64,000 nucleotides of DNA from an uncultured Rhodobacteraceae bacterium (GTDB lineage Bacteria; Pseudomonadota; Alphaproteobacteria; Rhodobacterales; Rhodobacteraceae), in NCBI GenBank assembly GCA_947503175.1, contig CANNCO010000006.1, positions 62,323 through 126,322 on the forward strand, read 5' to 3'. The notes below the pieces were generated by a model. The model saw only the letters and a program-made list of their open reading frames with translations. It made no database searches and was not told where the DNA came from. Position 1 is the first letter of the stretch, and each line of letters begins with the position of its first letter. This document shows positions 58,574-64,000 of the stretch, piece by piece. The position numbers were made by a program, and so were the translations under genes.

Positions 58574-59224
58574 CTATTGAAAGTAATTGGGTAGTTCAGA
58601 CTTCAGGCGGTCTAGGTCCCAGAGGGGATCGACATAAGGGCACTGATAGTTGGGACCCAAATTTTCTGTCTCTGCGTCTTTGAAGAACGATCTGGCCGCT
58701 TCGTGAGACTCTTCTGGAATTACCAAGAATGCAACATCAGCGGGCTTAAAGTCGATGTTGTTCGCGACACGCCACTCGCGCTCCCAATCAAAGAGGTACT
58801 TTGATTTTCCATAGATTCCTGGAGCATCGATGAATGGAGCAATCTGCCAGAATGGGTTTGAACCGTCAGATTCTGCTTGATCTCTAAGTTGCAAGACGGC
58901 CTTGTGCTGGGGTGAATCTTTGTAGGCATAAAGAATGGGGCCACCTCCCACAGATTGTATGAAATCCTTGGTGAAAACTATCCCATAGGGGCTTTCCCTC
59001 TCTGCAGACAAGCGACCGATCTGGTGCAAAGGTATCTCACTCAGACAAGCAGAAGGCACACAATGCTTGCTCTTTCGCGCAAAACCATACCTCGCCTTAG
59101 CCTCAATCCGTTGCGAAGAAAGGATGCCCATCATCTTGTCGTAAGCTGTTTTCTTGCCCTTACCGTCCGAGAAGTGCACTAACCACGGCGACATGTCTTC
59201 CCAGCTTTTCTTCAAGTGGCTCAT
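58574..59224 (-). CDS. AbiGi-like / ADP-ribosyltransferase-fold protein
   Basis: LVHFS, CLSEIPL, YGIVFTK, GGGPILY, DWEREWR pattern. Confidence 0.6.
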   Translation of the reverse strand: MSHLKKSWEDMSPWLVHFSDGKGKKTAYDKMMGILSSQRIEAKARYGFARKSKHCVPSACLSEIPLHQIGRLSAERESPYGIVFTKDFIQSVGGGPILYAYKDSPQHKAVLQLRDQAESDGSNPFWQIAPFIDAPGIYGKSKYLFDWEREWRVANNIDFKPADVAFLVIPEESHEAARSFFKDAETENLGPNYQCPYVDPLWDLDRLKSELPNYFQ

Positions 59225-59303
59225 GATACGATCCTATGGCAATTGCTCTAAAAAATGATCAACCAGTACGCGTCTAAGAAACCGAAGCATTGAAAAAATG
59301 GGA

Positions 59304-60710
59304 CTAGGCAGTCGGCAAGTATTGAGACGTGGAACACACCACAATCCTCTTTGCACCTCGTGTCAGCGCAACATACAGGTTCTTTGCATCCATTCCTTGC
59401 GTGTCGACCAATACAACCTGATCAGCCTCCAAGCCTTTCAGTAAAAGAGTGCTACCGACAGACCTCTTTCCCAAAGCACGACTATGGAAACGTCGTTCTT
59501 CTCGCGCCTTGAGGACCATGTCAGAAAAATCTTCTGCAGTTTCGGATGAATGCAATGCTTTCAGCAGATTCCTGAACACTTCCCCTCTGAAAGCCGAAAC
59601 ACCTGACTGATTGCTTAGCGCCGACAACAACGCAGCAGCCTTCTGGGGGGTTTTGTCAGCGTCGAAGGCTAAGGCCGCTGTTTCAGCATCGGTCGCCTCA
59701 TTCCGGTTGGTACCTGCCTTTAATGACGAAAGGCGTGAGATCATTTCAGTCGCGTTGATGCCACGAAGAATGCTTGCTGCTTCTCTGAGCAAAGCAGAAG
59801 TGGCATTGGCCGCGGTGAAGTCAAAGCGACTTGCGAAATCCACAAGGTCAGTCAGATCAGCATTCTCCACAACGGAAGCACCCTTGGTCTTCTGTGCAAT
59901 TTGTTGCTGTCGCTGACGGTTTCTGCTGCTGCAAATAATCAAAGAGCTCTCGATACCCTTCGGCATACCGTGAGTTGCCGCGAGTATCTTTTCGAAATCT
60001 TGATCTCCCGAGATAGGGGTCCATTCGAGTTCAGGGGGAGCGCTCTTTAGGTCGATTTGGCCACCACTCACGAGAGTTGGCCGCACGCTCAATAGCCATA
60101 GGCCTAACCTCCCTGCTCCAGCTTGGTTCCATCGCCACGGCGTGGCCAATTCAGCCACAAGAGGAAAGTCACGAAGTACCTCGGTATTCCAATCAACGGT
60201 AGTGTCACCGAAATCAAAAATACCTTGGAGGACATCGCCAAAGATGCATGTTGGCAAGACCCGCGCCAGTTCGCACAATATGGCATGCTGAGTTTGCAAG
60301 CAGTCTTGGTATTCATCAACGAGAAGGCGAGAGTAGTTGGCCAGAAGCAAGTTGTCGATGTGCTGGCCCTTCAGCAAATGAAGAACTGCATTCTTGATAG
60401 CTGGATAGTCAGTTCCGGGATTAGATAGTTCCAAAATCGATGGGTCAGCAGCGCTTCTCATTGGAAACATGCCGACCATTCTCATGGCCCACCCATCAAT
60501 TGTCGCGAGACGATAGTTGGACCTAGGAACTTCGCCTTTGTCTAACCTCTGCCTGAGCGCGGCGACTGCCGCATTCGTGTGGGTTAGCACAAGAATTGGC
60601 TTCTGGTCTGTATTGCGCTTCAAACTATCTGAAATTAGATGAGTTTTACCGCAACCGGCAGGAGCTTGTATGCACCCTCGAGCAATTTGTAGGGGATCAG
60701 GCTCGGTCAT
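59304..60710 (-). CDS. gajB: UvrD/Rep-like helicase, Gabija GajB
   Basis: APAGCGKT, LTHTN.A, VDEYQD, FGD.LQGIF, KGLEAD, LYVALTRG; overlaps gajA by 14 bp. Confidence 0.85.
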   Translation of the reverse strand: MTEPDPLQIARGCIQAPAGCGKTHLISDSLKRNTDQKPILVLTHTNAAVAALRQRLDKGEVPRSNYRLATIDGWAMRMVGMFPMRSAADPSILELSNPGTDYPAIKNAVLHLLKGQHIDNLLLANYSRLLVDEYQDCLQTQHAILCELARVLPTCIFGDVLQGIFDFGDTTVDWNTEVLRDFPLVAELATPWRWNQAGAGRLGLWLLSVRPTLVSGGQIDLKSAPPELEWTPISGDQDFEKILAATHGMPKGIESSLIICSSRNRQRQQQIAQKTKGASVVENADLTDLVDFASRFDFTAANATSALLREAASILRGINATEMISRLSSLKAGTNRNEATDAETAALAFDADKTPQKAAALLSALSNQSGVSAFRGEVFRNLLKALHSSETAEDFSDMVLKAREERRFHSRALGKRSVGSTLLLKGLEADQVVLVDTQGMDAKNLYVALTRGAKRIVVCSTSQYLPTA

Positions 60711-62427
60711 TCTTCCCCCATGCCCAATCCATTAAGGATGTGGTTGTGCTCGTGAAGTCTGAATTAAGCGAAGCCCACTGAGGGGCCAATATGTTCTTCG
60801 CTATATGCTCGTATGGTGCGATTTGTTTAAACCACCCTTTACCACTGCGTGCCGCTTGCCCGAGTATTACGGCGTGTTCAGGTCGAAGTGTATTGGTGTT
60901 TGCCCAAGCTTTTGCTTGCGCAAGGTTGAACTGGTTAGTTGAGGCTGTTGATATCTGCGCATCAACCTTGTCACCCTTGGGCAACGTACATGCATAGTCC
61001 AACAATTTTTCAACGACGGGCCCAGCAGCGCATTGGAAAATAGTGTCTTCAAGCGCGCGGCTGTTTGCCCACTTAAAGACTGTTCCACCAGCGCTGACGA
61101 ATGCTTGTTCGTCAGTGGTCTCTAGGGGAACGTCACTGTCCATGAAAATCGATACGTTGTATCCGAGACGCAGGAGTTCGTTGGCCGGTGCGAGAACTTT
61201 CTGAGCTCCACCACCGTCAACCAGCACAGTTCCTAAAGCTTCCATCGATACGTTCCCACTGGCGCAGCTATGCTGGTCAAAACCTCTTATAAAGCCCATT
61301 TCGGACTTACCTTCACAAACGATTATTCGCTTAGCTAGAAATGCTTCAGGGTTGCTTCTAAGTAGGCCCTGAGCACTCTCAGACGCAGCTATCGCTTCGT
61401 GTTTTCCATTGGTTTGATCTGAACGTAGCAGAGTTAGCTGGGTGTGGTTGAGTTCCCTTAGAACAACTGGTGAATGCGTTGTCGCAAATACCTGCTGGGT
61501 TACCGATACATCCTTTGCGCCCAAGGTGTTGAGCAAACTGCGTATCCGATGTGGCTCAAGGCCCGTTTCGAACTCATCGACCAAGGAGATGCTAGCCGAC
61601 GTAGCAACTTTCCTTGCTAGGCCTGCGACTAGTAGGCGTTTCGAACCAGTGCCCAATGATGAAAGTGGAATGTTGTTTGCGTCGTGTAGTGCAATTGCCC
61701 CAGTCCCGAATTTTACTGACTTTGCATCAAGCAAAGCATTTACCTGTCCCGAGGTTGGCACGCCTAACTCGTCGGCTGATTTTTGCACTGTATCTAGGCT
61801 ATCGGTCAGTTCTTTGTTTGCCGATGAACCAAAATCAGCTCGCGCCTTTCTCGCCGCATCCGACAAACCGTCGTTTAGCGCCAGCTTCTCATCTGTCAGT
61901 CTTTCAAAAAGTGCGCCACGTCGCCATGAAAGATGCCAGTCAGGATGATCTCCGAGACGCAATGGGGAAGCGTTCTGACGGTCTTCCCACCGAAGATTGC
62001 GTTCAACCCCTTTTGCCTTGGCTCGTTGTGACAATAGTGACCAATGTGGCTCCAAGTCCTTTTCGACTTTCAACTGCAGGACCAAAATTGTCTCTAAGCC
62101 GTGCCCCGGCTCGGGTTCAAATTTTCCAGTGGTTTGATTGTAGCCGCAAAAATAGTCACCGTAGGCATCCATAGAAAGAAGTGAAGATTCAAGCACGCCA
62201 AGTGCAACCAAGATTTTTATGGGTTCATTGGTATCAGTTTTATGAAAATCATAATCTGAGAACTGCGCTGAACGCCTAGCGCCAAGGCAGAAGTCAATTG
62301 CATCCAGTACAGTGGTCTTGCCGCTATCTCCGCCGCCTACTAAGCAATTCATGCCTTGGCTGGGTTTCCAAGAAAATTCCTTTATTGATCTAAAGTTATC
62401 AATTTTGAGAAAAACGATCTTCGGCAC
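60697..62427 (-). CDS. gajA: OLD-family ATP-dependent nuclease (ABC ATPase + TOPRIM), Gabija GajA
   Basis: I.NFRSI, GGGDSGKTT, DEFETGLEPH, TTHSP, VCEGKSE, MDSD; GTG start at 62427. Confidence 0.87.
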   Translation of the reverse strand: MPKIVFLKIDNFRSIKEFSWKPSQGMNCLVGGGDSGKTTVLDAIDFCLGARRSAQFSDYDFHKTDTNEPIKILVALGVLESSLLSMDAYGDYFCGYNQTTGKFEPEPGHGLETILVLQLKVEKDLEPHWSLLSQRAKAKGVERNLRWEDRQNASPLRLGDHPDWHLSWRRGALFERLTDEKLALNDGLSDAARKARADFGSSANKELTDSLDTVQKSADELGVPTSGQVNALLDAKSVKFGTGAIALHDANNIPLSSLGTGSKRLLVAGLARKVATSASISLVDEFETGLEPHRIRSLLNTLGAKDVSVTQQVFATTHSPVVLRELNHTQLTLLRSDQTNGKHEAIAASESAQGLLRSNPEAFLAKRIIVCEGKSEMGFIRGFDQHSCASGNVSMEALGTVLVDGGGAQKVLAPANELLRLGYNVSIFMDSDVPLETTDEQAFVSAGGTVFKWANSRALEDTIFQCAAGPVVEKLLDYACTLPKGDKVDAQISTASTNQFNLAQAKAWANTNTLRPEHAVILGQAARSGKGWFKQIAPYEHIAKNILAPQWASLNSDFTSTTTSLMDWAWGKNDRA

Positions 62428-62521
62428 AATACAGGCCCCCAGAATAAGTACACCCCTGCAACTTAACCGCGAACGCAAGGGAACCTAAAGGACATTCTTA
62501 GACCAGGATCTGCCGAATTCC

Positions 62522-62544
62522 CGAGGCCACGAAACATGGCCTCG
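62522..62544. other. 8-bp stem-loop CGAGGCCA-cgaaaca-TGGCCTCG
   Basis: Between the 66-aa gene and gajA; no U-tract on the coding strand. Confidence 0.4.
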
Positions 62545-62566
62545 CGAAACTCTGTTTGGAAATGTG

Positions 62567-62767
62567 CTAACTTGAAAGCACTTTTCTTGCCTCCTTCTCG
62601 GCAGCTGATCCCTTCACCCATTGCCACGGTGTGCGTGGCTTGCGTGCCTTCGCCAGTTCAGGGTTTGCCTTAGCATCGCTGACGGCAGCGCGTAGCTTTT
62701 CGCGAGCCTCGCGAGCGTCGATCTTCAGTTCTGCGCAAAGGGCTTTCAGCGTGACGATGTCGGACAT
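62567..62767 (-). CDS. Small basic hypothetical protein (66 aa), possibly HTH-like
   Basis: AGGAG RBS; TLKALCAELKIDAREAREKLR helix pattern and a W.W motif. Confidence 0.7.
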   Translation of the reverse strand: MSDIVTLKALCAELKIDAREAREKLRAAVSDAKANPELAKARKPRTPWQWVKGSAAEKEARKVLSS

Positions 62768-62881
62768 GTCGATCTCCTAGATTTCTGATGCAGATCGATA
62801 AGATGAGGTGGGCAGGCTTGTCAGGGACAACCCCATCGACCGGGGCTGATGGATTCTGGAGCGAAGCCCGCCAACTGGTTT

Positions 62882-63580
62882 TCACTTTGAAAGTCGTCGT
62901 CTGTTCGGAGTTACCTTGAAATCTTGAAATGCAATTCTCGTCGGAACTATGTCTTTCGGCGACAGTTCGGTTACCCGTTCAATTTCTTGGCGACGTATCT
63001 CGCAGCGAGGCCCTATATAGACTCGTTTGAGAGCCATATCGGCGTCAAATTTCTTAAAAAACATACTTCCAGACTTCTCGACTTTCTCTAGGGCGACTTT
63101 TAGGCGAACCTCTTCTTCATACTGCCAATGTCGGTACTTGGTCGCGAACAATTCCTGTGAATTGGTCTGCTGTGAGAGCTGCTGAAAACTCTCAACCCCC
63201 TCAGGAACCTCAGCCATTTTGTCAACGTAGTTGACTTCAAGAAGGTCTGGGCCGCTTTGCATCTCAAGCTGCAAGCAAAGACCTTGATGTCTTTGCGCGT
63301 AATGCCCCCATACCACAGGGTTCTGCCAGCTTTCGCAAAAGCAGATCAGCCCAAATGTTTGGTCAATTTCCCGCTGTATTCGCCTGAACGTCGGCCTGAC
63401 CTCTTTGTTTCTAAGATTGAAGGCGAACAACTCGAAGGGATCATTGCAGCCCGAAAATCTCGACACCTTGAGCCAGCCGTTCTTTAGATTTTCTACGGCG
63501 TGACTTGGTGATGTGAAATAATACAGCGTTCTGGCGGTCACTACGATATCCCTTGGTACATAGAAATTCGGTTCCCACAA
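62882..63580 (-). CDS. DUF2971 domain protein
   Basis: LYYFT, CNDPFE, CFCE...NPVVWGHYA..H.GLC, TKY.HW.YEEEVR. Confidence 0.82.
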   Translation of the reverse strand: MWEPNFYVPRDIVVTARTLYYFTSPSHAVENLKNGWLKVSRFSGCNDPFELFAFNLRNKEVRPTFRRIQREIDQTFGLICFCESWQNPVVWGHYAQRHQGLCLQLEMQSGPDLLEVNYVDKMAEVPEGVESFQQLSQQTNSQELFATKYRHWQYEEEVRLKVALEKVEKSGSMFFKKFDADMALKRVYIGPRCEIRRQEIERVTELSPKDIVPTRIAFQDFKVTPNRRRLSK

Positions 63581-63967
63581 TATAACAATTTTGGCAACCG
63601 AAAGTCATGCATCCATGATCCCGCGAGACACTGATCAGATGTCGATTGCCCTGTCCCTCAGCCTGAGCATGACAGGTCGTCTACTCAGATTCACACTGAG
63701 CGTCAGACTCTGCGCGCCGCGATAGCGTTAACCGCGCCTGCTGCTAAGCCCCAGTAGGTAGAGCGATAGGCGCACGTGGCCGCGTTGTATTGAGCCAGCA
63801 GGACGTGTGACCGGCATTCGTGACATATCCAGCCCGACGCAACACCGAGCCTGACACTGGCCCTTGTGCGCCGCGCAGGCAGGTACCTCACCGGGAAATA
63901 CCCTGACGACCGCTGCTGCCCGATCTTATTGCGCTGTTACGACTGCAATCAGTGAAAGGAGATCGCA

Positions 63968-64000
63968 ATGGTCATTCGCGCGACTTGGAGCTTCAACGGG
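63968..64000 (+). CDS. Start of an unidentified gene, truncated by the window edge
   Basis: AAAGGAG RBS then ATG; reads MVIRATWSFNG with no stop. Confidence 0.5.
   Translation, partial: MVIRATWSFNG

Larger units (their letters stand above)
58424..64000. mobile_element. tRNA-Phe-anchored genomic (defence) island; continues beyond the window
   Basis: Abrupt shift to AT-richer sequence right after the tRNA, arm-like direct repeats, defence cargo. No integrase is seen within the window. Confidence 0.75.

Noticed and set aside
1-64000. CRISPR arrays, IS elements, prophage structural genes, rRNA, riboswitches
   Set aside because: No regularly spaced repeats, transposase, integrase, phage or rRNA sequence was recognised. 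Small structured RNAs cannot be excluded without a covariance-model search.

Overview
A 64-kb high-GC alphaproteobacterial window, most likely Rhodobacteraceae/Roseobacter group (inferred from gene content). It has six blocks. (1) A truncated YfcC-type transporter preceded by an FNR/FixK-type box. (2) A compact DMSP demethylation cluster at 1.2-7.2 kb: DUF2182-DUF1326-dmdB-dmdA, divergent from a FadR/GntR regulator and dmdD. (3) A ~26-kb probable low-oxygen module at 8.5-34.6 kb. It encodes a hybrid FixL / OmpR-type (FxkR-like) / FixK cascade with a near-consensus K-box, and four more FixK-type boxes sit about 64-75 bp upstream of start codons. It also holds an nqrA-F-apbE-nqrM operon whose NqrB has lost the covalent-FMN loop and N-terminal quinone-pocket region, transcribed divergently from a pentahaem cytochrome c. 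Other genes there encode Na+/cation transporters, a phasin, YtfJ/DUF2953 proteins, a MacAB-type exporter and ppsA. (4) An orphan LysR-controlled catabolic operon built around an unrecognised 561-aa protein, then a TTT transporter cluster with a hydantoinase-B remnant. (5) The conserved murA-hisD-infA-maf-yacG-tRNA-Phe core block. (6) An AT-richer island after tRNA-Phe carrying Gabija plus two ADP-ribosyltransferase-like genes. The best candidate for an undescribed system is the remodelled NQR complex plus pentahaem cytochrome. Family calls come from motif recognition and recalled reference sequences only; no database searches were run.
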